This document shows, piece after piece, positions 47,550-57,524 of a DNA stretch of 64,000 nt (positions within the stretch are counted from its first letter, which is position 1; every line of letters begins with the position of its first letter). Under the pieces are notes generated by a model, which searched no databases, was not told the origin of the DNA, and saw only the letters and a list, made by a program, of their open reading frames with translations. This stretch comes from an uncultured Gammaproteobacteria bacterium (GTDB lineage Bacteria; Patescibacteriota; Microgenomatia; Levybacterales; UBA12049), in assembly GCA_964537895.1 (NCBI GenBank), contig CAZIDK010000001.1, forward strand, positions 134,198 to 198,197, written 5' to 3'. Both the position numbers and the translations under genes were made by a program.

Positions 47550-50228
47550 CTATTTTTTAGCTAAATTTATTAAAATATTCCTGTCGCTGTTTAGGCTTCC
47601 CGAATAAACTACTCTTCCGTTATCATCTGCTCCGTCACTTGCAGAAACAACTCTAAACCCGCTCGGATATGTAAGCGAAAAATCATAAGGATACTCCTCT
47701 GTTCCGGGCTGTTTGAAAATACGCAAATCATAATTTAAAACAGGTGAGGAAACTAAAACCCGGTCGTTAAGCGAGTAATCAAAAGTTATTGTTTGCAGAG
47801 CGTTAACGGGAACGTTTGTTAAGAAACCGTAGATTGTTTTTCCATTCTGATCACGTTTTTCAATTTCCAGCTTTTTGGGCGGAGAAAAATTTTTATTTTC
47901 GTAAATCTGGGGATTAGTAATCGCATCAACTGTACTTTGAGCTTGTCCGTTTATTTTTACACCTGTTAGCTGTGCTCCTTGCGGCAATATAAACCTCAAA
48001 TAATTTTTATAAATTCCTCCGGGCCAAATACCATTTACGTTTGTATTTTTATAAGCAACGGTAATGCTTGCGGAAACACTACCGTTATCATCAATATTAA
48101 CAACTTGGGAAACGCTTCTTTTGATAAAATAATTCGCTTTATTAATGCCTAGATTTGCTTCGCTAATACCAAAAAAATCATTAATAAGGTTTTTCTCTTG
48201 TTTTCTATCATCCCACAGGGATGAAGACCAGCCGTTAACGGTGAAAAGGTTTTGGATACTTGAATTATCAAATGCAAAAAGAACGTGTTTTTGCGAAATA
48301 GAGTCCCCAACTGCCTGAGCCAGAGAAAGATAAGAAATATTCTTATTGGTTGCTATGTTATTTTCCATTGCCTGCAACAAAAGTCGTAAAAAATCTTTCT
48401 TTTGCGTAGACCCCGGGAAAAAGTTTTTTTCCGCGTGAGACTGTGTAAGCGCAAAAAGGTTGCCGGAGTTTACGTATTCATTGTACTCCGGAACATAAAC
48501 CTGGCCCATTGCGGAAAGAATATTTTTAACAAAAGAAACGTCAACCCCAATAACTCCGTTAACCGTCTGTTTTTTTGTTAAGCTAAGGAAACGCGCTGCC
48601 GCGGCCGCATCATTAATATAGTCAACGTCAAAATTACTGTCTCTCATATATAGGTTAACGGACGCAAGATGGCGCCTTATGGCAAATGGCGGCTCCACAT
48701 GCCCCCTTAACTGTCCGTCCGCATCATAAACGTCATATATCTTAAAAGCCGAAACCTTACCGTTTTTAACGGTAAGAATTCCGTATGAACCTATAAATCC
48801 CCCTCCGGGCCTTAACTCCATATTGTTTTGAAATAAAACTAAGTAAGTTTTCTCATTATTAAAACCAAGTAAATCCGGCCAAACATCTACGGTATTGGAA
48901 ATAAAATTAATTAAAGGGTCAATTTTTTGCGTAATGTCGGAAAAATTCTGTCCCTGCGCTTTTTCTTTTTCAAAAATCACAATGGCGTTTTTCAAATAAT
49001 TAGACGCATCAATAAAATTGCTCACAGATTTAACATCGCTGGAAAAAGCCAGGGTTAAGGATTTTGACGCATTCAAAAGATAAGTTCCGGCCGTTGAAAC
49101 ATTCTTTCCGGTTTCTATATCGCCGGCCAATTTGTTAAGGAGATCTTGTTTCCCAAAAACCTGGCTTTCGGCAGATAATATGACCCACGCATTTTGAGCG
49201 AGAGAAAAAGAATTTTTAGCAAAATACACGGATTTTTCGGCGGCTATAAAGTCTCCTTTATCAAGCGACGCTTTTGCGTTTTTAAGCGATTCAAGTCCCA
49301 AGAACGAAAACCCCAAGGTTGTGATGAGCGGTAAGGACAAAAAAAACACGATGCAAAAAATTAACCAGAAAAATGGCAGAGCTATGCTGTTTCGCTCTTT
49401 ATATGGATTACTAGTTATAACGATGGATTTTAAAGGCTGTTTTTCTTTAATGCCTACGTTTTTTATTTTATCTTCTAATGCATAGTTCTCGCCTAAAAGA
49501 TAAACGCCTTCCGTTGAAAAAACATAATTTTTTTGCTGGGGGTTTTTTTCTTTAACAAAATCGATATGAAGCGCCGGATTTGCTTTTTGCAGCATATGGG
49601 CAAGAGAGATTAACGTTACTCCGTGTTTTGGAAATAAATAGAAAAGGTTTTTGTTTTCTCCATCTCCAAAAACGGCTTCGAAAATCCCCGTAACGACATC
49701 TTCTAGAAATACGGGGTAAGTTACGCTTGTACCGTCTCCTGGTACATCGATTTTGTTGTAATTTTGCGCTTGATAAATAAATTTATTAACAGCAAATTTT
49801 GTATCGTAAATAATATCCTTACAAAAAATATCGCCGAAAACAGCTATTTTTGCTTTTTGGTAAACATTTGGAATTTCTGCTACAAACGGCTCGTTTATTC
49901 GCAAAATATGGGTAGCAAATAAGAATACCGCTCTATCGTATTGAGCTTTTTTTATAAAACTTGGTAAAGAATCTTTCGTGGCACTTGTTTGATCATCAAC
50001 AACAAAAATGTGTGAATATGTATTGTCCGGAACCGTTGGATTTTTTTTAAAAAACGGGATGTGAACAACATTTTCCGGCGAGGATGGTTTTTTTTGACTG
50101 ACAAAAATAATCAAGGACTCATCTTTAAGCTGTTCTAAAAGCGCGTCTCCTATTATCCCTATCCTGTCAACAATAAGTATGGGGTTTCCATCCTTTTTTT
50201 CGGATGTTACAAAGGCAGATCTTTTCAC
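47550..50228 (-). CDS. DUF4012-domain membrane protein with N-terminal Rossmann-like domain
   Basis: 892 aa. The N-terminus ILIVDRIGIIGDALLEQL is a GxxGxxG Rossmann-like motif. A central TM region (LPFFWLIFCIVFFLSLPLITTLGFSFLG) follows. The C-terminal segment contains ELRPGGGFIGSYG, characteristic of DUF4012. Confidence 0.55.
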   Translation of the reverse strand: MKRSAFVTSEKKDGNPILIVDRIGIIGDALLEQLKDESLIIFVSQKKPSSPENVVHIPFFKKNPTVPDNTYSHIFVVDDQTSATKDSLPSFIKKAQYDRAVFLFATHILRINEPFVAEIPNVYQKAKIAVFGDIFCKDIIYDTKFAVNKFIYQAQNYNKIDVPGDGTSVTYPVFLEDVVTGIFEAVFGDGENKNLFYLFPKHGVTLISLAHMLQKANPALHIDFVKEKNPQQKNYVFSTEGVYLLGENYALEDKIKNVGIKEKQPLKSIVITSNPYKERNSIALPFFWLIFCIVFFLSLPLITTLGFSFLGLESLKNAKASLDKGDFIAAEKSVYFAKNSFSLAQNAWVILSAESQVFGKQDLLNKLAGDIETGKNVSTAGTYLLNASKSLTLAFSSDVKSVSNFIDASNYLKNAIVIFEKEKAQGQNFSDITQKIDPLINFISNTVDVWPDLLGFNNEKTYLVLFQNNMELRPGGGFIGSYGILTVKNGKVSAFKIYDVYDADGQLRGHVEPPFAIRRHLASVNLYMRDSNFDVDYINDAAAAARFLSLTKKQTVNGVIGVDVSFVKNILSAMGQVYVPEYNEYVNSGNLFALTQSHAEKNFFPGSTQKKDFLRLLLQAMENNIATNKNISYLSLAQAVGDSISQKHVLFAFDNSSIQNLFTVNGWSSSLWDDRKQEKNLINDFFGISEANLGINKANYFIKRSVSQVVNIDDNGSVSASITVAYKNTNVNGIWPGGIYKNYLRFILPQGAQLTGVKINGQAQSTVDAITNPQIYENKNFSPPKKLEIEKRDQNGKTIYGFLTNVPVNALQTITFDYSLNDRVLVSSPVLNYDLRIFKQPGTEEYPYDFSLTYPSGFRVVSASDGADDNGRVVYSGSLNSDRNILINLAKK

Positions 50229-50247
50229 AAGAACTATTGTAGAAGCT

Positions 50248-50670
50248 CTAGAGCAGGTTGTCCAGCGCTAAATTAACCAGTTCGTCTGCCCTTTTGTTTT
50301 TTTCCCTTGCGATATGATTCCACTGAAGAGGCAGTCCTAATTGCGCTTGTTTTTCCCTAACCGTAAAGACTAATTCTCTTATGCTTTCCGCTTTAACTTT
50401 AAAAATTCCTTTTATTTGGGAATACACAAGCTGGGAGTCTACAAAAAAAGATATCTTTGCGTTTTTTTCTAAATTCTGCTTATTTTCCAAAAGCCAGGAA
50501 AGAGCTGCCAGAACAGCTTTATATTCGGCGGTATTATTCGTTGCCTCCCCAATTCTTTTGCCAATTGCCGCCAATTCGTTGCCTTTGTCATCAACTATGT
50601 AAACCCCGATTGCCGCAGGCCCCGGATTACCCCTTGCTCCCCCGTCCGTAAAGATAGAAATGTTATTCAT
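50248..50670 (-). CDS. rnhA: ribonuclease HI
   Basis: IFTDGGARGNPGPAAIG (DEDD Asp), TNNTAEYKA (Glu), D in VDSQL, and the H...D C-terminal motif (HIAREKNKRADEL) are present. Confidence 0.9.
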   Translation of the reverse strand: MNNISIFTDGGARGNPGPAAIGVYIVDDKGNELAAIGKRIGEATNNTAEYKAVLAALSWLLENKQNLEKNAKISFFVDSQLVYSQIKGIFKVKAESIRELVFTVREKQAQLGLPLQWNHIAREKNKRADELVNLALDNLL

Positions 50671-50755
50671 TTTCGTGTGTCTTTTCCAAAAATTTTAACA
50701 GAATACCGCTTAAAAGCCAATAAGGCAAAAACGAGTTCTTCCGAAATTCCGGTAA

Positions 50756-52204
50756 TTACCGCAAAGGTTTGATATGACCATTCTTTGTCCTTATTGTCTT
50801 TTCAGGGTTTGCCCAAAACAATCCAAGGATAACTGTAAACAGAATTTGTCCCTGCTGGAGTGTTAAAAAGTAATGGTCAAAAAGGCCTAGAAAAAAAATA
50901 GAAAAAAACAAAACCGGCAATTCAATGTTCGAACTTTTTTCAATTCTCTTATATGTTTTTATTAAGAAATAGCCAAATAAAACAAAACCGATAATCCCCG
51001 TTTGCGATAAAACCAAAAGATAAATGTTGTGCACCGGCTGAATATACAAAACTTCTCCGTGTTGTTTTTGCACAAAAGGAAGGTTAACTAAAAAATTATT
51101 TAAGCCGGCTCCGAGTATCGGGTCTTGCCAAAACATAACTATGGAGTTATTTATTAAAACCTCCCTTTGAACAACAGACTGGTCTGAAAAGTTAAATTGA
51201 AAAAGGCGAAGGCCTAGGGGAAAAGTAAAAATAAAAGTAATAATTATAAAAACCATCAGCGGCAAAATTCTGTTTCTAATTAACAGTAGGTCTATTTTCT
51301 TTGTAACATCCATTCTAGTTTTTTTCCAAAAACTATAGGTAAGTAAAAACATTAACGCGCCGCTCCAGGCGATTATTGAAATTCTGCTCATTGTAAAAAA
51401 AAGCGCTAAAGATCCAAAGAAAAGAGAAAAAAATACAACTGCGTTTTGCCGTTTAAAGAATTTCTGTTTTGCATAAAAAATAATTAACATCATAAAGACA
51501 AATAAATACCCGGCAAGAACATTTGGATGCGAAAAAGTTGCGTAAGGCCTTAGGAATAATTGCCCGCTTACCGAAGCGTTTGCAATGCCCGGGGTTTGTG
51601 AATTAAAACTTCGTTCACCTAAAAAATAAAAAATCCCGCCAAGCGAACCTTGATTAATATATTGCGCGATTGTTAAAAATGATTCAAATAAAACCCCTGC
51701 AATAAAAATCGAAAATAAAACAAAACTATTTAGCTTTCTAAAATTTTTCGCGGTATAGGTAAGCAAAAAAATATATTCCAAGAGTTTTATAATCCCGTAG
51801 ATTCCAACCGGCGGATTATTTGAGTGAAGTACTCCGGCCAATAGAAACAAAACAATAAGAAACACCATTCGCAATTTAATAATATTGTTGCTTGCTAATT
51901 TTACCGCGTAGGAAAGACCATTTGAACTTACCAGACTCTCTAAAATCCAAGAAAGAATAAGGCCTATTGTTAATATGTCCGTAAGATACAGCGTGGGGGA
52001 GAGGTAGTCTGTTCTTATTCCGTAAACGTAAGAAAAGTTCGGCCAAAAGTGTTTGCCAAACTGAGTCGGTAAAAACAATACCAGGAGATAAAAAAATATT
52101 GCAGAGGGATTAATTTTTTGGCTTAACGACCAAGACTCTGTCTTTCCCCTCCCCAATAGATTCGGAAACAACTTCTTGATCATTTTGCAAAAGCAGATGC
52201 ACAA
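50756..52204 (-). CDS. O-antigen ligase / Wzy_C-like polytopic membrane protein; start uncertain (overlaps jag by about 95 nt as drawn)
   Basis: At least 10 TM helices with a large periplasmic-type loop near the C-terminal third. FTMSRISIIAWSGALMFLL resembles the Wzy_C loop region. Confidence 0.4.
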   Translation of the reverse strand: MCICFCKMIKKLFPNLLGRGKTESWSLSQKINPSAIFFYLLVLFLPTQFGKHFWPNFSYVYGIRTDYLSPTLYLTDILTIGLILSWILESLVSSNGLSYAVKLASNNIIKLRMVFLIVLFLLAGVLHSNNPPVGIYGIIKLLEYIFLLTYTAKNFRKLNSFVLFSIFIAGVLFESFLTIAQYINQGSLGGIFYFLGERSFNSQTPGIANASVSGQLFLRPYATFSHPNVLAGYLFVFMMLIIFYAKQKFFKRQNAVVFFSLFFGSLALFFTMSRISIIAWSGALMFLLTYSFWKKTRMDVTKKIDLLLIRNRILPLMVFIIITFIFTFPLGLRLFQFNFSDQSVVQREVLINNSIVMFWQDPILGAGLNNFLVNLPFVQKQHGEVLYIQPVHNIYLLVLSQTGIIGFVLFGYFLIKTYKRIEKSSNIELPVLFFSIFFLGLFDHYFLTLQQGQILFTVILGLFWANPEKTIRTKNGHIKPLR

Positions 52205-52565
52205 TTCTTCTTTCCCAGGATTTTAAATCTGAAAGAAAAACTTCTTTGTTTTCAGATAAAACTTTTTCCTTTGTTTCAGCGGCAAGATTTTTTAACCACT
52301 CTTCTCTTTTTTTCTTATATTCTCCGACCTCAATTGAAACCCTTTTGAACTCGCCAAGCTTTCTGGCCAAACACAAAGACAAAATAAGCTGCAATGACTC
52401 AAGAGTATCACCATGATAGCCGATAACAATTCCGCTGTCTTCCGTGTTAAGATTTATTTCAATCGCCTCTTCTTTCTCCTTAACTTCAAAATCTCCCTGT
52501 ATTTCAAGCAGTTTTAAAAGCTCTTCCGTTGTGTCTTGCACGATTTTACTTTGTTTTTTGTCCAT
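52110..52565 (-). CDS. jag: Jag/KhpB-family RNA-binding protein (KH + R3H)
   Basis: VIGYHGDTLESLQLI is the KH-like GxxG region. The C-terminal R3H is LSDLKSWERRIVHLLLQ. It lies downstream of yidC as in the canonical operon. Confidence 0.8.
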   Translation of the reverse strand: MDKKQSKIVQDTTEELLKLLEIQGDFEVKEKEEAIEINLNTEDSGIVIGYHGDTLESLQLILSLCLARKLGEFKRVSIEVGEYKKKREEWLKNLAAETKEKVLSENKEVFLSDLKSWERRIVHLLLQNDQEVVSESIGEGKDRVLVVKPKN

Positions 52566-53373
52566 ATATTTTATTTTTCCACTCTTCCAGTCCGCCTAAC
52601 CCCGAAACTCTGTATTGCTGCATGATACCAAAAATCGTAAAAGTGTTCCAGTATAAAGATAGGCCAACGGGAAATGTGTATGAGAAAAAACCAATCATAA
52701 TGGGGAAGATATACATCGCCTGTGATTGAAAAACAGAAGCAAAATCATCATTTTTTTTCTTCTCGTCTTTTTTTACCAATCCTTCTTGAGCTTTGGGCTT
52801 ACTAAACATCATTTTTGACTGAATAAACTGAAACAGTGCTGTAAGTAAGGGAACTATTAAGATGATTGGCCCAACGCTTGTGATAATCTGGGAAGGGTTA
52901 CTCCCCAAGGAAACGCCAAAAAAATTCGGATCCCAAGCCTTGGTAAGTTTTAAAGCGTCAAAATAAACAATTTTATTAATTACGTTAGGCCCCAATTGAG
53001 CTATTTGCTGCAAAGCCGTATATAGCCCCCAAATGATTGGAAGCTGAATAATAACAGGCAGGCAGCCGGCAGCCGGATTAACGCCGTGCTCTTTGTATAA
53101 TTTCATTGTTTCCTGCTGGAGGGTTTTTGAATCTCCTTTGTGTCTATTCTTAAGATTTGTAATGTGCGGGTTTAAGTCCTGCATTTTCTTTGAAGCTTTA
53201 AGCTGAGATGCGGTTAGAGGGTACAAAACAAAACGGATGATTATTGTTAATATTATAATTGAAAAACCCAAAGCAAAAGGGAAGTTAACAAAAATTAAAC
53301 CTTTGTAAACGGCAACTAAAACGTTAATTATCGGCCAGACAAGAATAGTATTAAAAATTGAAGGATCTGTCAT
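52546..53373 (-). CDS. yidC: membrane protein insertase YidC/Oxa1 (short Gram-positive-type)
   Basis: RFVLYPLTASQLKASKKMQDLNP, the GCLPVIIQLPIIWGLY conserved TM2-3 region, and the C-terminal basic tail are present. Confidence 0.9.
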   Translation of the reverse strand: MTDPSIFNTILVWPIINVLVAVYKGLIFVNFPFALGFSIIILTIIIRFVLYPLTASQLKASKKMQDLNPHITNLKNRHKGDSKTLQQETMKLYKEHGVNPAAGCLPVIIQLPIIWGLYTALQQIAQLGPNVINKIVYFDALKLTKAWDPNFFGVSLGSNPSQIITSVGPIILIVPLLTALFQFIQSKMMFSKPKAQEGLVKKDEKKKNDDFASVFQSQAMYIFPIMIGFFSYTFPVGLSLYWNTFTIFGIMQQYRVSGLGGLEEWKNKIYGQKTK

Positions 53374-53376
53374 AGT

Positions 53377-53634
53377 TTATGCAATTTTATAGAACGGCTG
53401 ACATTTTAAAAGACGTGCCAATGAAAGCCGGGTACCTGTTAAAACACCTTTTTCTTTAATTGAAATTTTTGCGTATTCAGAGCAAGTTGGCGAAAATCTG
53501 CAGCAATTACTAACGCCAACAATACTTTTAATAATATAAGAAAAAACGTTTTTATAAAAGTCTATAAAAAATAAAATAGTTTTTTTCATTTTAATAATTT
53601 CCGTTTTCCCAATTCTCCCAAAGTTAATTCGCAA
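53377..53634 (-). CDS. yidD: membrane protein insertion efficiency factor YidD
   Basis: CRFSPTCSEYA...GTRLSLARLLKCQPF is the YidD signature. The likely start is the internal Met (MKKTILFF). Confidence 0.85.
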   Translation of the reverse strand: MRINFGRIGKTEIIKMKKTILFFIDFYKNVFSYIIKSIVGVSNCCRFSPTCSEYAKISIKEKGVLTGTRLSLARLLKCQPFYKIA

Positions 53635-53915
53635 ATCTCTTTTGTTGTTTTGCCCAGTATATTTTTTTTTAATATAAACAGCATATCATAGCCGGGTTTT
53701 ATTTTGTCAAAATTATCTTCGATACAAACCCTTATTTGTCTTTTAATTCTATTTCTTGCCGTTGCTCTTTTGTCAATTTTTTTTGAAACTACGAAACCAA
53801 ACCTGTTAAAAGATTTTTCATTTTTTGCAAGTCTTAAAACAAAAAATGGGGAAGTATAAAGATCTTCCTTATTAAACTTCGTTTCTTTTAGCAAACGGTA
53901 TTTTTTCTTAAGCAT
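53586..53915 (-). CDS. rnpA: ribonuclease P protein component
   Basis: The basic RNR-like motif ATARNRIKRQIR, and FGFVVSKK, are present. It lies downstream of rpmH. Confidence 0.88.
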   Translation of the reverse strand: MLKKKYRLLKETKFNKEDLYTSPFFVLRLAKNEKSFNRFGFVVSKKIDKRATARNRIKRQIRVCIEDNFDKIKPGYDMLFILKKNILGKTTKEICELTLGELGKRKLLK

Positions 53916-53931
53916 TAATATTAATAACCGC

Positions 53932-54066
53932 CTAAACAGTAAGGCTTTTCCTTTTTTTTGCCCTTCTGTTTTTTAAAACTTTTTGTCCGCCATGGGTTTT
54001 CGATCTTTCAAAAAATCCGTGTTTTCGTTTCCTTTTTATTTTTTTAAGCTTTATTGATTTTTCCAT
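53932..54066 (-). CDS. rpmH: 50S ribosomal protein L34 (not in the supplied ORF track, below 60 aa)
   Basis: Hand translation gives MEKSIKLKKIKRKRKHGFFERSKTHGGQKVLKNRRAKKRKSLTV, the L34 consensus (KRTxQP..K.KR.HGFR.RM.T..GR.VL..RR.KGR..L). Confidence 0.85.
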   Translation of the reverse strand: MEKSIKLKKIKRKRKHGFFERSKTHGGQKVLKNRRAKKRKSLTV

Positions 54067-54194
54067 TTATTAAGTATAGCAAATTGCGATTGTTTTGAAA
54101 AGCATTAAGCGTGCAAATTAAAAGAGACCCACTTATATACACTTCTGCATATTGACAAAAAGTTATCCACATTATTAAACTGCTCTTTACCACT
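54067..54194. promoter_or_regulatory. candidate replication origin / dnaA promoter region with DnaA box
   Basis: It is the AT-rich rpmH-dnaA divergent spacer. A perfect DnaA box TTATCCACA lies at 54163..54171, with box-like cACTTATAtACAC at 54130. A second spacer between dnaA and dnaN (55548..55673) has TTATACACA (55581..55589). Confidence 0.6.
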
Positions 54195-55547
54195 ATGGAA
54201 GAAAATAAAAAACTTTGGAGTAAAGTTTTGGGAGAAATTGAGATTGAGGTTTCAAAAGCAAATTTTCTAACGCTTTTTAAAAGAACCTCGCTTTTGTCTT
54301 TGGAAGGGAACTCTTTAACAATTGCCGCGCCTTCGGTTATGATTATTGATCTTTTACAAAGAAGGTTTTATGACGTTATTAAAAAATCTGTTGATAAACA
54401 TGTTGGAGTAAGTTCAAAAATAATTTTTGTCCCAAAAGTTTTAGCACCGGAAGAGCAAGCGGAAAAAAACGGCCCTCTTTTTGACGAAAGCGAAAAATCC
54501 CCGACAATTATTGGACACTTACCGCGGGTAAGGCCGGACTACACTTTTGAAAATCTAGCTGTTGCCTCAAGCAACCAATTAGCTTTTGTCAGCGCATCAA
54601 CCGTTGCCAAAAAACCAGGCATTGCATATAATCCTCTTTTTATTTATGGACCAACAGGAGTAGGAAAAACGCATCTAATGCAGGCTATTGCAAATGAAGT
54701 TTATCAAAAAAACCCAAACAAAAAAATAGTTTACACGACAAGCGAGGAATTCACAAATGAAGTGGTTGACGCAATAAGAACCAACAGCACGGCTCTTATG
54801 AAAAAAAGGTTTAGGAATATTGATCTTTTAATAATCGACGACATTCAGTTTATCGCGGGAAAAGAAAAGGTTCAGGAAGAACTTTTTCATACTTTCAATA
54901 TTTTGGTTGATAATCTGGCGCAAATCGTTCTTTCTTCCGACAGGCCCCCGTCGGAAATTAAAAAAGTAGAAAAAAGACTTTTATCGAGATTTTCCGGCGG
55001 GTTAACCGTTGACATAGACACGCCTGATTTTGAATTAAGAACGGCAATCTTATTAATTAAGGCAAAAAAATACGGGTTTGACCTGCCAATAGAAGTTGCC
55101 AAAACAATTGCCGAAAAATCTCAAGACGCCAGAAGTCTTGAGGGGGTCTTATTAAGAATGGCAACAGAGGCCGAAACAAGGGGGATTAATATAACCGGCG
55201 ATTTGGTGCAGTCGGTTTTAAAAAGCACTCGCCAAGAAGATAGAGGGGTTTTCCACCCGGACGATATTATAAACAACATTTGCGCTTATTATAAAATCAA
55301 ACCAACACAGATAAAAAGCGCTAAAAGAGATGCTTCTTTGGTTAGGGCTAGACAGGTGGCAATGTATATTCTTAAAAAAGACCTTGAGTTAACCTATGTT
55401 GAGATTGGTAATATTTTAGGCGGTAGAGATCACACAACTATTATGCATGGTGTGGGAAAAGTGGAAAAAATGGTTGATACGGGTGGGTTTTCCCAGGAAC
55501 TTTTGGGGATAAAAAATTATGACGGGGGAAAACTTGCGGGTTATTAA
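54195..55547 (+). CDS. dnaA: chromosomal replication initiator DnaA
   Basis: The AAA+ module has GPTGVGKTHL, DDIQF and a sensor region. The C-terminal DNA-binding domain is ...VARARQVAMYIL...IGNILGGRDHTTIMHG. Confidence 0.97.
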   Translation: MEENKKLWSKVLGEIEIEVSKANFLTLFKRTSLLSLEGNSLTIAAPSVMIIDLLQRRFYDVIKKSVDKHVGVSSKIIFVPKVLAPEEQAEKNGPLFDESEKSPTIIGHLPRVRPDYTFENLAVASSNQLAFVSASTVAKKPGIAYNPLFIYGPTGVGKTHLMQAIANEVYQKNPNKKIVYTTSEEFTNEVVDAIRTNSTALMKKRFRNIDLLIIDDIQFIAGKEKVQEELFHTFNILVDNLAQIVLSSDRPPSEIKKVEKRLLSRFSGGLTVDIDTPDFELRTAILLIKAKKYGFDLPIEVAKTIAEKSQDARSLEGVLLRMATEAETRGINITGDLVQSVLKSTRQEDRGVFHPDDIINNICAYYKIKPTQIKSAKRDASLVRARQVAMYILKKDLELTYVEIGNILGGRDHTTIMHGVGKVEKMVDTGGFSQELLGIKNYDGGKLAGY

Positions 55548-55673
55548 GTTTTTGAAATTTTACACTTTTTCTAAACACTGTTATACACATTTTATAAACA
55601 TGTTTCTTGGCCGTGCCGCCTTGCTTTTTTCCACTTTTCCAGATACACTACTACTACAACAAGTATCTATATT

Positions 55674-56783
55674 ATGAAAGCCACTTTTCTTACAGAGAAT
55701 CTACAACGGTGTTTATTTTTTTTAAACCATGCTGTTTCCGGAAACAGCCAGTTGGAAATCTTATCGACGTTTTTAATCATCGCCGAAAAGGGACGGCTCA
55801 TAATTAACGCAACCGATTTGGAAATAGGTATATCCTCATCTGTCCCCGCAAACATAGAGGAAGAAGGAATGGCTTGTGTCCCCGCAAAAACATTTTTTGA
55901 ACTCATAAACAACGTCTCAGAAGAAAAAATATCCATAGAAACCAGGGAACAAAACCTTGTTCTAAAAGGGAAAAAAATAAAAATGGCTTTTCGGACAATG
56001 CCTTACGAAGACTTCCCTAAGCTTTATGAGGACAAAGGCGAGGAGGTTGCAGTCTTTAAAAAAGAAACAGTGCTGGATGATTTTAACAAGGTTGTTTTTG
56101 CCGCAAGTCAAGATAGCGGCAGACCAGCGCTTTCAGGCATTTTAATAAAAAAAGAAAAAGACGGCTTTTTAATAGTGGCAACGGATGGATACAGGCTTTC
56201 TTTAAAAAACAACGTTGTGATAAAAACTAAAAAAGGAGAGGGCGTGGACGAGCTTCTTCTTTCGGCAAGGGTTATAAAAGAGCTTGTTTCAATAAAGCAA
56301 AACGAAGACATCTCTCTTTTTGTTTCAGGCAAAAATAACCAAGCGATTTTTGTACAAGGCGAAACAACACTGGTCGGAAGATTAATAGAGGCAGAGTACC
56401 CAAGTTACGAAAAAATTATCCCAACCGATTTTGGAACAAAAGCGGAATTTGATAAGGACGAAATGCAAAAAGCCATAAAACTTTGTTCGGTTTTTGCAAG
56501 GGAAACGGCGAACATAGTTAAATTTTCCGTTAAAAAGGATAAAATAATTGTTTCCGCAAACACGCCTTCGGTTGGGGAGAATACGGTCGAGGTTGACGCG
56601 AAAGTAATAGGCGAGGAAAACGAAATTGCCTTTAATGCCCGCTATTTACTGGATCTTTTTTCAAACATCAATGAGGAAAACATGTCTTTCGAAATGACCG
56701 GCCCGCTAAATCCCGGGGTTTTTAAAATTACAGGCGACAACTCCTTTTTTCACTTAATAATGCCCATTAGAGTGCAGGGCTAA
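55674..56783 (+). CDS. dnaN: DNA polymerase III beta sliding clamp
   Basis: 369 aa with a three-domain clamp fold. MKATFLTENL...LEILSTFLIIAEKGRLIINATDLEIGIS is the typical N-terminus. Confidence 0.93.
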   Translation: MKATFLTENLQRCLFFLNHAVSGNSQLEILSTFLIIAEKGRLIINATDLEIGISSSVPANIEEEGMACVPAKTFFELINNVSEEKISIETREQNLVLKGKKIKMAFRTMPYEDFPKLYEDKGEEVAVFKKETVLDDFNKVVFAASQDSGRPALSGILIKKEKDGFLIVATDGYRLSLKNNVVIKTKKGEGVDELLLSARVIKELVSIKQNEDISLFVSGKNNQAIFVQGETTLVGRLIEAEYPSYEKIIPTDFGTKAEFDKDEMQKAIKLCSVFARETANIVKFSVKKDKIIVSANTPSVGENTVEVDAKVIGEENEIAFNARYLLDLFSNINEENMSFEMTGPLNPGVFKITGDNSFFHLIMPIRVQG

Positions 56784-57524
56784 TTATTTCGGAATAACCC
56801 CCCATGAGAAATCATATCCAGAGGTGCTTACCCCAATTCTTTTTAATTCCGTTAGCACCTCGTTTTTTAGTACAACAACCTGTTCGGAAATAGAGGATGG
56901 AGAGTTTTTTAATGGATATAGATCAACAAAAAACAGTCCTTTTTCTGCATCAAAACCAACAAAATACCTATCGTTTTCCGGAGGAAGGCTATCATACCAC
57001 GGATATTTTTTATAAAAAGCGTCCATCTGGGCATTTGACTCGTTATCCAGTATGCCTTGTGCTTTCAACTGATCTTCCTCTGAAACATTTTCAATTTTTG
57101 CAGTCGTAAAGCCCCATGAATATTTCTTGTTAAAATAATCCAGTCGCAAAATATAGGCTGTGTCCACCTCAAGGCCCCCCTCCAGCTTTGCATTAAGCCT
57201 AGAATTATTATTTGACCAAAAATATGAAGTTTTGACAAACGGATTAATTAAAAGAGACACGTTATTTTTTTCAGTATTATCTACTGGTCTTGAAAAATCA
57301 ACATAAACATCTGTGAATATGCCTGCGTTATTATGGTTGGGCTCCGGAAAAACATTTTTTATTTCCAAACCTTCCTTTTTAAGGATTACAGTCTCTTTTG
57401 GAACAAGATAACCCGTTCTTTTATTTGAAAAAAGAAAAAAAACAATGATGAGCAAAAAAAATAGCGCAAAACTAAGGCCCAATATTAAAACCAACTTTTT
57501 GTTATAAATAAGAAAGTTTTTCAT
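56784..57524 (-). CDS. bitopic membrane protein of the T4SS-like cluster (function unknown; VirB8-like topology)
   Basis: An N-terminal TM (LVLILGLSFALFFLLIIVFFLF) is followed by an extracytoplasmic beta-rich domain of about 210 aa. It starts 1 nt after the CHAP gene stop. Confidence 0.3.
   Translation of the reverse strand: MKNFLIYNKKLVLILGLSFALFFLLIIVFFLFSNKRTGYLVPKETVILKKEGLEIKNVFPEPNHNNAGIFTDVYVDFSRPVDNTEKNNVSLLINPFVKTSYFWSNNNSRLNAKLEGGLEVDTAYILRLDYFNKKYSWGFTTAKIENVSEEDQLKAQGILDNESNAQMDAFYKKYPWYDSLPPENDRYFVGFDAEKGLFFVDLYPLKNSPSSISEQVVVLKNEVLTELKRIGVSTSGYDFSWGVIPK

Noticed and set aside
52110-52204. Overlap of about 95 nt between the O-antigen-ligase-like ORF start and the jag 3' end.
   Set aside because: The overlap is probably an over-extended ORF. 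The first about 30 codons (MCICFCKMIKKLFPNLLGRGKTESW…) are atypical. The real start is likely a non-ATG codon downstream of 52110. The start is left as uncertain rather than called as a genuine long overlap.
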